Shown in pieces: positions 9,204 to 19,243 of a stretch of 64,000 nucleotides of DNA. The stretch lies in contig OY762209.1 in assembly GCA_963665295.1 (NCBI GenBank), positions 4,928,001 to 4,992,000 on the forward strand, written 5' to 3'. A program made the position numbers and the translations under genes. Source of the stretch: Syntrophorhabdaceae bacterium. GTDB taxonomy: Bacteria > Desulfobacterota > Syntrophorhabdia > Syntrophorhabdales > Syntrophorhabdaceae. The notes beneath the pieces were generated by a model. The model was not told the DNA's origin, made no database searches, and saw nothing but the letters and a program-made list of their open reading frames with translations. The stretch's first letter is position 1, and every line of letters starts with the position of its first letter.

Positions 9204-10547
9204 ATGGCACTGACTGGAATACAGATTTTCAAACTTCTGCCTAAGACAAATTGTGGGGAGTGTAAATTCCCGACCTGCCTGGCCTTTGCCATGGCCCTTG
9301 CGGCAGGCAAGAGCGAACTGAGCTTGTGTCCCTCCGTGAGCGCCGAAGCCCAGGAACAGCTCTCCGAGGCGAGCGCACCGCCGATACGCCCCGTGATCAT
9401 AGGGGTCGGGGACTATCAGTTGAAGACGGGCGGTGAAACCGTGCTTTTCAGACATGAAAAGACGTTTTTCAACAAGCCGGGGATTGCCATCCTTATTACG
9501 GACGACATGGATGACACCGAGGTGGAAAGACGTTTTTCAGCCCTCGGCGCCCTTCAATACGAGCGTGTCGGGCTCACCATGAATGCGGAGCTTGTGGCGC
9601 TGAAAGAGACGGGAAACAGGGAAAGATTTCTTGACCTCGTGAAAAAGGCATGCGCCCGGCCTTATAGTATGATTATCATGTGCGCCGACCCTTCGACAAT
9701 GAGCGAAGCCCTCAAAACCGCGAAAGAAAAGAAGCCCCTCATATACGCGGCAACGAAGGATAACTACGAAGCCTTCGCCTCCCTCGCGAAAGATTCAGGC
9801 TGTCCTTTGGCAGTGAAAGGGGCGGGCATCGAAGAGGTGGCTTTTCTTACCGAAAAATTGACCGCCATGGGCCTCAAAGACCTTGTGATCGACACATCGA
9901 CCCGCACGGCAAAGGAGGCGTTCGAGGAGCAGATCATGATAAGGCGGGCCGCCCTCATGTCCAAGTACCGGCCCCTCGGTTTCCCCACCATTACCTTCCC
10001 CTCGGAGATGGCGGACAACCTGATGAAGGAGACCCTCATCGCATCCTGCTTTGTCGCAAAGTATGCAGGACTTATAGTCATGAGCGATTTCCAGGGAGAA
10101 TCGCTTTTCCCTCTCCTTCTCCAGAGACTGAATATCTACACCGACCCCCAGAGGCCGATGACTACCCAGGAAGGGATTTACCCTGTCAATAACCCGGACG
10201 AGAATTCTCCCGTCCTCATTACGTGCAATTTCTCCCTCACCTACTTCATAGTGAGCGGCGAGATAGAAAACTCGCGGGTCCCCGCGTGGCTCGCGGTGAT
10301 GGACACGGAAGGGTTGTCCGTAATGACTGCCTGGGCAGCGGGAAAATTCGTGGGAGACCTGGTGGGAACTTTTATAAAGAAGAGCGGCATCGCCGACAAG
10401 GTGAAGCACAGGAAACTGATCATCCCGGGCTATGCCGCAGTCATATTGGGAGACCTGGAAGAGGAGCTTCCCGGCTGGGAGATCCTTGTGGGACCTCGGG
10501 AAGCGGCCCATCTGCCCGCGTTCCTCAAGATGTGGAAGGCGGAGTAA
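9204..10547 (+). CDS. acsC: Corrinoid Fe-S protein large subunit (CdhE/AcsC)
   Basis: LPKTNCGECKFPTCLAFA 4Fe-4S motif, GGETVLFRHEKTF, IYTDPQRP, GPREA. Confidence 0.96.
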   Translation: MALTGIQIFKLLPKTNCGECKFPTCLAFAMALAAGKSELSLCPSVSAEAQEQLSEASAPPIRPVIIGVGDYQLKTGGETVLFRHEKTFFNKPGIAILITDDMDDTEVERRFSALGALQYERVGLTMNAELVALKETGNRERFLDLVKKACARPYSMIIMCADPSTMSEALKTAKEKKPLIYAATKDNYEAFASLAKDSGCPLAVKGAGIEEVAFLTEKLTAMGLKDLVIDTSTRTAKEAFEEQIMIRRAALMSKYRPLGFPTITFPSEMADNLMKETLIASCFVAKYAGLIVMSDFQGESLFPLLLQRLNIYTDPQRPMTTQEGIYPVNNPDENSPVLITCNFSLTYFIVSGEIENSRVPAWLAVMDTEGLSVMTAWAAGKFVGDLVGTFIKKSGIADKVKHRKLIIPGYAAVILGDLEEELPGWEILVGPREAAHLPAFLKMWKAE

Positions 10548-10587
10548 GACGGATCATGAAATTAAGGCAGAATGGAGCTGTGTGACA

Positions 10588-11466
10588 ATGATATTGATCG
10601 GAGAGAATATTAACATCATGTCCACGAGGATCGGCAAGGCCGTGAAGGAATTCGATCCTCTCCCCATAAGGGAGAGGGCGATTGCTGAGGCCGAGGCCGG
10701 CGTTGACATGCTCGATATAAACCTGGGACCCCTGAGGAAAGAAGGGGCCGCAGTGATGGAGTGGGTGGTCAAGACTGTTCAGGAGGTGGTCGATCTGCCT
10801 CTGGCCCTTGACACCACGAACGTGGAAGCCATCGAAGCGGGCCTCAAGGCCTGCAGGACCAAGGCCCTCATCAACTCCATATCAGCCCGTCCGGAGAGAA
10901 TGGCGGCTTTGATGCCCCTTGCGAAGAAGTACAATGCAGCCTTCATAGGAATGACCATCGGCCTCGAAGGTCTCCCGAGGGATGGGAATGAACGGGGACT
11001 CCTTGCGGCCATGATCGTGGCCGAAGCAGCGGGATACGGCATACCGGAAGAAGATATCTGGCTCGACCCCCTCGTGCTCCCCGTGAATACCCAGCAGATG
11101 CGCCTCCAGGGATGCACCGATTTCATAATGATGGTGCCGGAGCTTTTTTCGGGCTGTAAATCGACGTCGGGGCTTTCAAACGTGTCGGACAACACTCCCG
11201 GACCCTTACGGAGCATCCTGAACCGTACCTACCTCGTCATGCTCCGGAGATACGGGCTCTATTCGGCTATTGTAAACGCCTTTGATCCTGAACTGAGGGC
11301 GGTTGCCCAGGGTGAAAGGCCGGAAATCGAGAGGCTCGTGTACCGGGTTATGGATGGCGAGATGATCGACCCGTCGTCTCTTTCCGAAGAGGAGACGGCC
11401 TATGCAAAGACGACCAAGGTGCTTCTCGGCCAGACGGTCTATTCCGATTCGTGGCTGCAGTATTGA
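10588..11466 (+). CDS. acsE: Methyltetrahydrofolate:corrinoid Fe-S protein methyltransferase
   Basis: MILIGENIN start, LDINLGP, LALDT, INSISA, GLSNVS pterin-binding motifs. Confidence 0.9.
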   Translation: MILIGENINIMSTRIGKAVKEFDPLPIRERAIAEAEAGVDMLDINLGPLRKEGAAVMEWVVKTVQEVVDLPLALDTTNVEAIEAGLKACRTKALINSISARPERMAALMPLAKKYNAAFIGMTIGLEGLPRDGNERGLLAAMIVAEAAGYGIPEEDIWLDPLVLPVNTQQMRLQGCTDFIMMVPELFSGCKSTSGLSNVSDNTPGPLRSILNRTYLVMLRRYGLYSAIVNAFDPELRAVAQGERPEIERLVYRVMDGEMIDPSSLSEEETAYAKTTKVLLGQTVYSDSWLQY

Positions 11467-11504
11467 AAGCACCGGAGGCGGGTTGACCGACACGGAGTAA
11501 GGCT

Positions 11505-12407
11505 ATGAGAGGAAGTCAGGAAAAACGGCTGGTCTTGAGCATATGCGTTACTCTCATCGTATTCGGGGGGGAGGTCGTGGGCGGTTTCCTGAGCAACAGC
11601 CTCGCCCTTCTCAGTGATGCGGGCCATGTCTTTACCGACGTCTTTGCCCTTGCCCTGAGCCTTATTGCCGCCCTTGTCATGAAGAGGCCCTCCGATTTCA
11701 GGGCCACTTACGGGTACCAGCGGATAGGGCTCCTCGCCGCCTTCATAAACGGCGCGAGTCTTATCGTCATATCGATCTTCATCTTTGTCGAGACCTACAA
11801 ACGCCTTTTCGCTCCGCCGGAGATCAACTCGGGGCTCATGTTCGTTGTCGCGGTGGCCGGCCTCCTGGGCAACCTGGTCATGGCCTGGATACTGGGCAGG
11901 GAGCACACGGACCTCAATCTGAAAACCGCGTGGCTCCATGTGCTCGGCGATACCCTTTCGTCCGGGGGTGTTATCCTCGCGGCAATCGTCATACGCTTCA
12001 CGGGCTGGTGGCTTGCCGACCCCATAGTGAGCGGGATCGTGGGCGTCATCATCATCGTCGGCGGCCTTCGAGTCGTAAAGGAAACCCTGTGGGTCTTTCT
12101 CGAACTTGCCCCCGTCGGTTTTCACCCTGAAGATATTTCAAAGATGATCTGCACAATGGAACATATCATGGGCGTTCACGACGTCCATATCTGGTCCATA
12201 GGTCACGGCGTACCCGCCTTCTCCGCTCATGTTCTCATCAGTGACCGCAAGGTCAGCGAAACGGACAGGATAAGGAAGGAAGTGGAGTCGCGGCTTAACG
12301 AGATCGGGATCAAACACACCGTGCTACAGATGGAATGCGCCGAATGCGACGCCAACGGGCTTTATTGTCAGATACCGGGCGTCGAGGAGGAGCACCACCA
12401 CCATTGA
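11505..12407 (+). CDS. CDF family (CzcD-like) divalent metal transporter
   Basis: SLALLSDAGHVFTD, TYGYQR, WLHVLGD, VHDVHIW; C-terminal CxxC..C and HHHH. Confidence 0.92.
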   Translation: MRGSQEKRLVLSICVTLIVFGGEVVGGFLSNSLALLSDAGHVFTDVFALALSLIAALVMKRPSDFRATYGYQRIGLLAAFINGASLIVISIFIFVETYKRLFAPPEINSGLMFVVAVAGLLGNLVMAWILGREHTDLNLKTAWLHVLGDTLSSGGVILAAIVIRFTGWWLADPIVSGIVGVIIIVGGLRVVKETLWVFLELAPVGFHPEDISKMICTMEHIMGVHDVHIWSIGHGVPAFSAHVLISDRKVSETDRIRKEVESRLNEIGIKHTVLQMECAECDANGLYCQIPGVEEEHHHH

Positions 12408-12547
12408 TCCGTCGGCATCGCCCTGAAGTGTGATTCTCGTCATTTACCTCAGTACATAGATCAACTATAAATCAGGATACAATGGGGGATGCACAGCCGT
12501 CGGGTGAGGGCGGGCATGACTATCAAACGCAACAGGAGGTGACAGCC

Positions 12548-12739
12548 ATGATTAAAGAGATACGGTTCCTGCCCACCGGGGAGATTCGACAGCCCAAGAC
12601 CGGTGACTGGTTCCTCGGCGCCCAGGACAGGCCAATTCTTGCGGCCCAGGATTTCATCACCACCAAATTCCGCATACTCCGGATGGTGGTGATAGAAGAC
12701 GACGACCCGGTCCGCAAGAATCCCTTCGATTTCCGTTAA
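12548..12739 (+). CDS. Small hypothetical protein (63 aa)
   Basis: AGGAGG RBS before ATG 12548; occupies intergenic space. Confidence 0.55.
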   Translation: MIKEIRFLPTGEIRQPKTGDWFLGAQDRPILAAQDFITTKFRILRMVVIEDDDPVRKNPFDFR

Positions 12740-12833
12740 GACGTTGCCTCGGGCGGTCTATAATCTGTCAGGGTTATCCGCACGAGGCAACGCAAAAACC
12801 CTTCTTCACGAAGGGGCGCGTCATGTCCGTGGT

Positions 12834-13229
12834 TCAGCCCGGGGGCATCCTTTTCCCCTTGTCCCGATCCATGTGCGCTTCAAGCACACGGGCAAGCTTC
12901 TCTCTGTCCCATCCCGCAACCACGTCCTCCTTATCGACAATGAATGCCGGATAGGAACGGAAGCGGTATCTCAGCGACTTATAGATGCCCCGTATCGATT
13001 TCGCGTCCACTACCCTGATCCTGATCCGGTGCCGGTAGAGACGGCCAAGTTCGGCCATCCATTCCGAAAGTCTCAGAAACTCCTCCTTCAGTTCCTCCGG
13101 GTATTCCTCGAGGGCATCCCTCAACAATTCGTCGTGGACTCCCCCTTCATTAAAGACGAGCCGGCAGCTGCTACAGGCGTTGAGCACGGCAAGAACGTTC
13201 GTGACGACCTCGACGCTGATGGGTTTCAT
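12834..13229 (-). CDS. Thioredoxin-fold-like hypothetical protein (CxxC)
   Basis: CSSC near the N-terminus, YPAFIVD cis-Pro-like motif near the C-terminus. Confidence 0.6.
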   Translation of the reverse strand: MKPISVEVVTNVLAVLNACSSCRLVFNEGGVHDELLRDALEEYPEELKEEFLRLSEWMAELGRLYRHRIRIRVVDAKSIRGIYKSLRYRFRSYPAFIVDKEDVVAGWDREKLARVLEAHMDRDKGKRMPPG

Positions 13230-13335
13230 GTACATATCGTAACACTTGCACAGGTCCATTTCCATGGAGGGGTCCCATGTGCCCGATGACGGGGCAAACC
13301 TTCACACTTACGAGCTTTTCCGCAGCAGGGAGATG

Positions 13336-14355
13336 TCAGGAAGAAAACGTGAGGCCCTCAAACAGACCGGCCACAGTACCGGCATCGAGGGATACCTCGG
13401 AGAATATGGCCTCCACAAGGGATGCGTCGAGCCGGTCGAAATCCCGGCCCACAGGAGTGACGATTACGCCGCCCATCTCGATAACCGCCGGGCTCACCAC
13501 GATACGGTCGTCTCCTTCCCTGAAGAAGGCGGCGGGCCGGTGCCTTGCCCTGGGAAATATGAGAAGGCGCAAGGTTCCTTCGTCGTAAAGTCCCGCAACG
13601 CTCATCATGGGCTCATCCTCTGTCACAACCGCCTTTTTCAACGCCCTGAGAAGGTCTCGAAAGGCGCGGGCCATGCTCTCATGGTCATCCCCTTCCAGGA
13701 TCAAAACCTCGCGCCCCAGGTCCACCCCCCGATAGACGCGGACGCTCCCGTCCCCGGTCACGGGCATGGGCCTTCTCCTCTCTTTTGTCTCCCTTTCAGC
13801 GGGCATCCGTCCCGACGGGATTGCCTGGAAATGAAGGTGGTCCGGGGCGGACGCGCCGCATCCGGGCCCATTGTAGAGGACCGTCCAGCCGCTGCCGAGG
13901 TCACTCATAAGGAAAAGAAGTGTGGAGATATGGTCGTTCACGGCCTGGGCGCGGTGGTTGAGGTTACAGATCGTGAGATGAGAGGGAAAAACCGGCGCGG
14001 GATTGCAGAGGATGAGGTAATCCCTCCGGTAAAGGATGCCTTTTTGATCTTCGGGCAGATTGGGGAGGCACAAAAAACAGGGCCGCTCCTCCACTTCCCG
14101 GGCCGTCACTCCCGCCATGGTACTCCTGATCCGGCCGGGATTATGCTGGACCTTCACGGAAAAACCCCCGCATGGAATGTCTTTCACCCTCACGTGGCTG
14201 AGAGACGCGTAACCCTGTCTGCAGTCCGGCCATGTTTCCAGCTGCTCCGAAAGAAGCCCGAGACTGAGTCGAGACAGGCCTCCGTGTTCGGATGTCCCGT
14301 CAAAGACGGCGTATATTCTGGGGACAAGTTGCGGGGAGTGTCCACGGGCGTCCAC
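13336..14355 (-). CDS. DUF4922 family HIT-like (HxHxQ) nucleotide-sugar phosphorylase-like protein
   Basis: QHNPGRIRST, RPCFLC, YNGPGCGASAPDHLHFQA, VSPAVIEMGG. Confidence 0.85.
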   Translation of the reverse strand: MDARGHSPQLVPRIYAVFDGTSEHGGLSRLSLGLLSEQLETWPDCRQGYASLSHVRVKDIPCGGFSVKVQHNPGRIRSTMAGVTAREVEERPCFLCLPNLPEDQKGILYRRDYLILCNPAPVFPSHLTICNLNHRAQAVNDHISTLLFLMSDLGSGWTVLYNGPGCGASAPDHLHFQAIPSGRMPAERETKERRRPMPVTGDGSVRVYRGVDLGREVLILEGDDHESMARAFRDLLRALKKAVVTEDEPMMSVAGLYDEGTLRLLIFPRARHRPAAFFREGDDRIVVSPAVIEMGGVIVTPVGRDFDRLDASLVEAIFSEVSLDAGTVAGLFEGLTFSS

Positions 14356-14360
14356 AGGTA

Positions 14361-15845
14361 TCAGCGTCGCCCCCGGTTGAGGTCCTGCCGGGCGATGATC
14401 TCCTTTGTCCGGACCGCATCCTTGAAAGCGTCATTCCTGTTCGCATGTTCCACGCTGAGGGCCGCGTCCGTGTTCCCTGCCCAGCGCCTGCAAAGATAGA
14501 GGCTTTCGTAAATCCTTCCGATCCGGTATTCCCGGCAGATTCTCAAGGCCGCGGCATAGTCCTCTCCGTAGCTCACGTTAAGGAATCCCATGGTGCGCAT
14601 GAGACCCGTATCGAAGGCCCTCGGCGCGCCGAGGCCGTTTACGCGGAGAGCGTTATTGTGACCGTTCTCGTCGCTCCATTCACGGTGGTCGATGATCCCG
14701 GGCGGAACCTTTTCAAGATTGAAATCCACAATCGTATAAGAACCGACCACCATGGCGTACCTCTCCCTGCGGAGCATATCGACGATCTTCCGGAGGGCGA
14801 GAGGGGTCGCGTAGAGGTCATCGGAATCGAGCTGCACTGCATAGCGCCCGCACGCGAGGTCATTGAGCGCTTCGTTCCAGCACCCGCCGATGCCGAGGTC
14901 GTTCCTCTCCGGCACGATATGGCGCAAACGGGGATATTCGGCGGAAAGTCGCGTAAGAAGGGCCGTGGTGCCGTCCGTCGAATGGTTGTCCACCACGATC
15001 ACGTTGAAAGGAAAATCCGTTTCCTGGAGAAATGCACTTTTCACCGCCTCGGCGATTGTCCCCATCCGGTCCTTGACCGGGATGACCACAGTGGCCTCTA
15101 CAGGAAAGGTTCCCGTTCCGGTTAACCCGTCCGCCCTTGCCAGGCGTTCATAGGGCAGGTAGGCGCCGATACGCCTCAGGTGGGCGGTGAATACCGCCTC
15201 CATCTCTTCCTGCGACGCCTTATTCCTGGGATCGACGTAGGCGAACATCGCCTCCCCATCCGACGACCCGCCGGTACGGGCCATGGAATATAAGGGCTCT
15301 TCTACGTGGTGCAGGGTGTGGTTGATGGACACCTTAAGGCGAAGGTCATAGAGACCGGCAAATTTCACCGGCGGAATGGGGCCGTAACGCGCCAGCGCCT
15401 CTTTCACCCGCGACATGGAGAAAAGCATCATACCGCCGAATGCAAAATCGTCTCGCGCGCTCCCCGGCTGGTAGTCGTTCAGGCCATGAAGAATCTTTCC
15501 TTTCCCCGTCTCTTCGTAAAAATCTGAATAGACCATAGCCGCATCGCTCCGGCCTGCTGCGTTGAGGAGCCTTTCCAATGCCTGCGAGCCGGCTGAGACC
15601 TGCCTCCTTTGAGGAAAAAGAAGAAGGTATTCCGTTTTCACCAGATCGAGTATTCTGTTCAGGGTGTCCCCTGACAGAAGAGATCCGGGAACACAGGTAA
15701 CCGGTTCCCCTGTCCGGATATCCGCCGAATCCTCCCCGACGGTTATTGTCTGTTCGGCACACCCTGATCCTGTAAGAGACCGGAGGGTCTCCTCAAGAAG
15801 GGGGCTATAACCGTGAGGGGTGACTATGGTAAAGGTCGGCATCAA
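14361..15845 (-). CDS. Glycosyltransferase family 2 protein (SpsA-like, two-domain)
   Basis: TVVIPVKDR, VVDNHSTDGT, QLDSDDLY, SYGEDY. Confidence 0.9.
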   Translation of the reverse strand: MMPTFTIVTPHGYSPLLEETLRSLTGSGCAEQTITVGEDSADIRTGEPVTCVPGSLLSGDTLNRILDLVKTEYLLLFPQRRQVSAGSQALERLLNAAGRSDAAMVYSDFYEETGKGKILHGLNDYQPGSARDDFAFGGMMLFSMSRVKEALARYGPIPPVKFAGLYDLRLKVSINHTLHHVEEPLYSMARTGGSSDGEAMFAYVDPRNKASQEEMEAVFTAHLRRIGAYLPYERLARADGLTGTGTFPVEATVVIPVKDRMGTIAEAVKSAFLQETDFPFNVIVVDNHSTDGTTALLTRLSAEYPRLRHIVPERNDLGIGGCWNEALNDLACGRYAVQLDSDDLYATPLALRKIVDMLRRERYAMVVGSYTIVDFNLEKVPPGIIDHREWSDENGHNNALRVNGLGAPRAFDTGLMRTMGFLNVSYGEDYAAALRICREYRIGRIYESLYLCRRWAGNTDAALSVEHANRNDAFKDAVRTKEIIARQDLNRGRR

Positions 15846-15953
15846 CGATCTTCATAATATCACAACCCGGACTCTTATTCCACGGGCAATCCGGTGCTTC
15901 ATGGACCGCACCCGGAACCGCGCGGCAGGTCCGGGCGGACAGCGTCAAAGGTT

Positions 15954-16148
15954 TCAGGGGAGGATCCGCTTTACCCGCCCCACTACCCCGCCTTCCAGGC
16001 GTACTTTTATGCCGTGAGGATGATCGGGTGATTTGGTGAGTATATCCTTTACAATACCTTCGGTCAGAACTCCTGTACGCTGGTCCTTTTTCATGACCAC
16101 CGAGACTTTCATCCCTGCCCTTATATCGGACCGCTTCGTGTTATCCAT
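15954..16148 (-). CDS. YwbE family (DUF2196) protein
   Basis: KKDQRTGVLTEGIVKDILTKSPDHPHGIKVRLEGGVVGRV. Confidence 0.9.
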   Translation of the reverse strand: MDNTKRSDIRAGMKVSVVMKKDQRTGVLTEGIVKDILTKSPDHPHGIKVRLEGGVVGRVKRILP

Positions 16149-16335
16149 CCTTCTTCCTCCTCCCGGCTCGCAAAACTCCATCCCCGTGGTCGCCACGTCT
16201 CGATATGTATGCCGTATATGCCTGCGGGATGTCAAGGACTAACAAGGGCCGGATTTCACGTTCCCGGCGCCCGGGAGACGTGAGAACCCGGCGTCGCGGA
16301 AGAAGGAACCCGCCCCTATCCGCATCTCCCTTACC

Positions 16336-16363
16336 TTGACAATGGTCACGTGGCTGCTATATT
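16336..16363 (+). promoter_or_regulatory. Sigma70-like promoter of GNAT gene
   Basis: TTGACA-N16-TATATT with TG extension. Confidence 0.5.
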
Positions 16364-16432
16364 TGTAGTATAGGGGTTTGGATGATCTTATTGGATCTCA
16401 AAACATGACTCTTAACGAGAAAGGAGCCCCAC

Positions 16433-16885
16433 ATGAATAACAACACGATAAAGATCAGGCTTATGACGATGGATGATTTTGACGCGGTGGTCCGTATCGA
16501 CGAGAAAGTACTCAAGGCTTCCAGGTCGGATTACTATAAAACAAAATTTGAAAGGGCTGTCCAGTCACCCGATTATCTGCCCACTTCCCTGGTGGCGGAG
16601 GAAGGGGATGGAACGGTGGTGGGCTTCATAATGGGGGAACTCTATATAGGTGAATACGGCATTTCCCAGGAGAAGGCGACCCTAGACACCATCGGCGTTG
16701 ATCCCGATTATCAGAAGAGGGGAGTCGGTGAACTGCTGATCAATGAATTTATCGAACATTTGAAGACACTGGGCGTTCAGAAGATAAACACCCTGGTGGA
16801 CGAGAGTGATACCGGGCTGACGCATTTCTTCAACGCGAACCGGTTCAGCCCCTCCAGGACCATCAACCTGGAGCGGGCGCTATAA
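16433..16885 (+). CDS. GNAT family N-acetyltransferase
   Basis: TIGVDPDYQKRGVG acetyl-CoA-binding motif A. Confidence 0.9.
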   Translation: MNNNTIKIRLMTMDDFDAVVRIDEKVLKASRSDYYKTKFERAVQSPDYLPTSLVAEEGDGTVVGFIMGELYIGEYGISQEKATLDTIGVDPDYQKRGVGELLINEFIEHLKTLGVQKINTLVDESDTGLTHFFNANRFSPSRTINLERAL

Positions 16886-16982
16886 CGACCGCAGGGAATA
16901 GCGTTGCGGCCAAGCGAGGGTTGGTGGGTGTAACCTGAACCCCACCTGACGAGTCCTTAGCCGCAACCGACCCCCGAACCAT

Positions 16983-19019
16983 CTATTTGCTTTGTTTTAC
17001 CGTGAAATCGGTCTTTTTGCCATTCTGTCCAAGGGTTACGGTAATCTTCCCGGTCCTTGAGCCACCACTTTCGTTAGGGCTCACCGTATAGTTTACCGTC
17101 TGGTTGCCGACGCCGCTTTGCTGCACCGGTGTCCAATAGAGGAAATTTGCGGCGACCCATTCGCAGTCGGCCACGCTCACCTTGACATCGAAAGTCCCCG
17201 CCCCTCCCATGTTGTCGAATGAATAAGAAGCAGGACTGAGGCCGGTAATCTTGCAGGGGGCTCCGCTCTGCTTGACGGCGAAGGTGGTGCCTCCGTCAGT
17301 GGCGTTGGTCCCGATCTTTACCCCCGATGTTCTGGTGAGCGACGTTCCGCTGGCCTGAACATTCAGTTTTACCGATCCCTTTTGATTGTTCCAGGTTTGA
17401 CTCACCACAGTCACCCACGGGTCGTCCGGCTCTATTTCAGGGGGAGGGCACAGCATGGCGGTCGAGACGCCGACCGTGATATTGCCTCCCTTGCTCGAGA
17501 TAGTTCTGGCGTCAGGGGTTAGCTTGTAGGTGCAGTTTATATAGGGATCCGTGAGAAAACTTACACTCCATCCGATGTTGGAGATCCACCACTTTATGTC
17601 CATATATCCTTTCTGGCCCCACTTGGTGCCCCACGAATTCTTCAGCATCCATGTCTCCCTCACGTCATCCCAGCCTACCAGGATGACTGCATGGTTATTC
17701 GAGGAAGGGCATAAGGCCGATTCATCCGTATCGAAGACGCCCGATTTGTAGGCCTGAAAGGCAGGTCCGTCACAGATGGTGACCGCCACGGGCCCGTAAT
17801 TATAGATCAAGGTCTTGATCTGGTCCACATCGAGGGGCACTTCCTTACTGCCCGCCCAACCCCACTCGCCCATCCATAGCGAGTGTCTGTCTATGGTCTT
17901 GCATGCAATGTCGGAGGCTTTGTAAGGCATATCCTTTTCGAGCACCGCGCCGTAGATGGTCTGGAGGTCCCCCCGCATCGCCCATCCGTTTGTGGCCACA
18001 AGGTGGTAGTCGTGGGCCCAGTATCCGCCGTTGCAGGAATACTTGGGGTCCTCCACATTGCAGGACACGAGGAATTGTTCCGAAACGTCGAACTCGAAAC
18101 CATAGTTTATCTTCAAGGACGATTCCAGAATACCCGCTGTGGCAAAGGCCCAGCAGGATCCACACGCCTTCTGGTCCTTGATCTTTATATTGCCTCCCCG
18201 TTCGCGCCAATCGAAATAGCCTGGAAGCGCCCCCGGCGGTGCAGGAGGAGGCAGCGCTGCCGACGCGGAGGACCTTTGGGGCGCTGCGGACGATGCCACA
18301 GACGGAGCAGGGTCGCTCAGGTCCACGGTTTCCGGGAGTTCCGCCATATCGAGCGTAGCGTGGGCCACCGCTTTCTCGTCGGGATCGAAAGGTCTCCTGT
18401 AGGCGAGCTTCACCGTGGCGTCTCCTCCCTGCAACGCTTTCAGGACGATACGTTGCCTCGCGGGGCCGCCGGGAAGGCCGTTCCTCGCCTCGAACGTGTG
18501 GGCCCCCTGTTCCGCGAACTTCGCACCATCGGAACGGGCCACCTCCCACGTGTAGCCTGTCGACGGGTTTGCGTCAAGAACGATGGTGACAATCTGGTCC
18601 TTCGCGACCTTTCCTGTCATCTTGATCCCGAATGGGCCGCCTATGATTCCCGAACCGTCAAGGGCATTCCCGGAGAGAAGCCGTCTCATGTCCTCCGTGC
18701 CCGTGCCGTTAAGAACATAACTGATTGCGCCTTTGTCTCCGGGCACGGTATTGAGGGTAATACTCTTCGCGGACAGGGCCCTTTCTTTTTGCGCGATCAT
18801 CTCGACCAGTCGTTGCCTTTCAGTCGCATCGGGGAACAATTCTATCTCCCAGGCCGCGTGCGCCGGGGAGGATACGGACTCAGGGCCCGCTTGACCCGCG
18901 CAGGTCTCACATGGCACGGTAAAAATCTGAAAGGAGGCAAGAAAAGCCACGATGAGCAGTATCGGAACATGTCTTTTCTTTGCGGTTTTTGACGATAATT
19001 GACTATCCACTCTATGCAT
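16983..19019 (-). CDS. Secreted papain-family (C1A) cysteine protease with chagasin-like (I42) inhibitor domain and C-terminal BACON-like repeats
   Basis: Hydrophobic signal segment; NPSTGYTW...YRRPF (I42); FDWR..DQKACGSCWAF, NHAVILVGW, KNSWG (C1A). Confidence 0.88.
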   Translation of the reverse strand: MHRVDSQLSSKTAKKRHVPILLIVAFLASFQIFTVPCETCAGQAGPESVSSPAHAAWEIELFPDATERQRLVEMIAQKERALSAKSITLNTVPGDKGAISYVLNGTGTEDMRRLLSGNALDGSGIIGGPFGIKMTGKVAKDQIVTIVLDANPSTGYTWEVARSDGAKFAEQGAHTFEARNGLPGGPARQRIVLKALQGGDATVKLAYRRPFDPDEKAVAHATLDMAELPETVDLSDPAPSVASSAAPQRSSASAALPPPAPPGALPGYFDWRERGGNIKIKDQKACGSCWAFATAGILESSLKINYGFEFDVSEQFLVSCNVEDPKYSCNGGYWAHDYHLVATNGWAMRGDLQTIYGAVLEKDMPYKASDIACKTIDRHSLWMGEWGWAGSKEVPLDVDQIKTLIYNYGPVAVTICDGPAFQAYKSGVFDTDESALCPSSNNHAVILVGWDDVRETWMLKNSWGTKWGQKGYMDIKWWISNIGWSVSFLTDPYINCTYKLTPDARTISSKGGNITVGVSTAMLCPPPEIEPDDPWVTVVSQTWNNQKGSVKLNVQASGTSLTRTSGVKIGTNATDGGTTFAVKQSGAPCKITGLSPASYSFDNMGGAGTFDVKVSVADCEWVAANFLYWTPVQQSGVGNQTVNYTVSPNESGGSRTGKITVTLGQNGKKTDFTVKQSK

Positions 19020-19183
19020 CAGGCATCCCCCCACGGTATTTTCTTCAGATTCAGCCTATGTGTATGGGCGTCATAGGTTCCCACTAAACCTGTATCACGT
19101 CACAGGCGGAAAAACTGTGATTTCCGTCAATTTATCAGGTATTGGGGGGGACATTGAGGTCCATAGTTTTAGGTCCAATAAAC

Positions 19184-19212
19184 TTGACATTACGTCAACT
19201 CAACTGTACACT
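19184..19212 (+). promoter_or_regulatory. Sigma70 promoter with overlapping palindromic operator
   Basis: TTGACA-N17-TACACT; TTGAC-ATTAC-GTCAA palindrome over the -35, upstream of XRE regulator. Confidence 0.6.
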
Positions 19213-19243
19213 ATCTCCATAAAGTACGCAGGGAGAAGAAACT

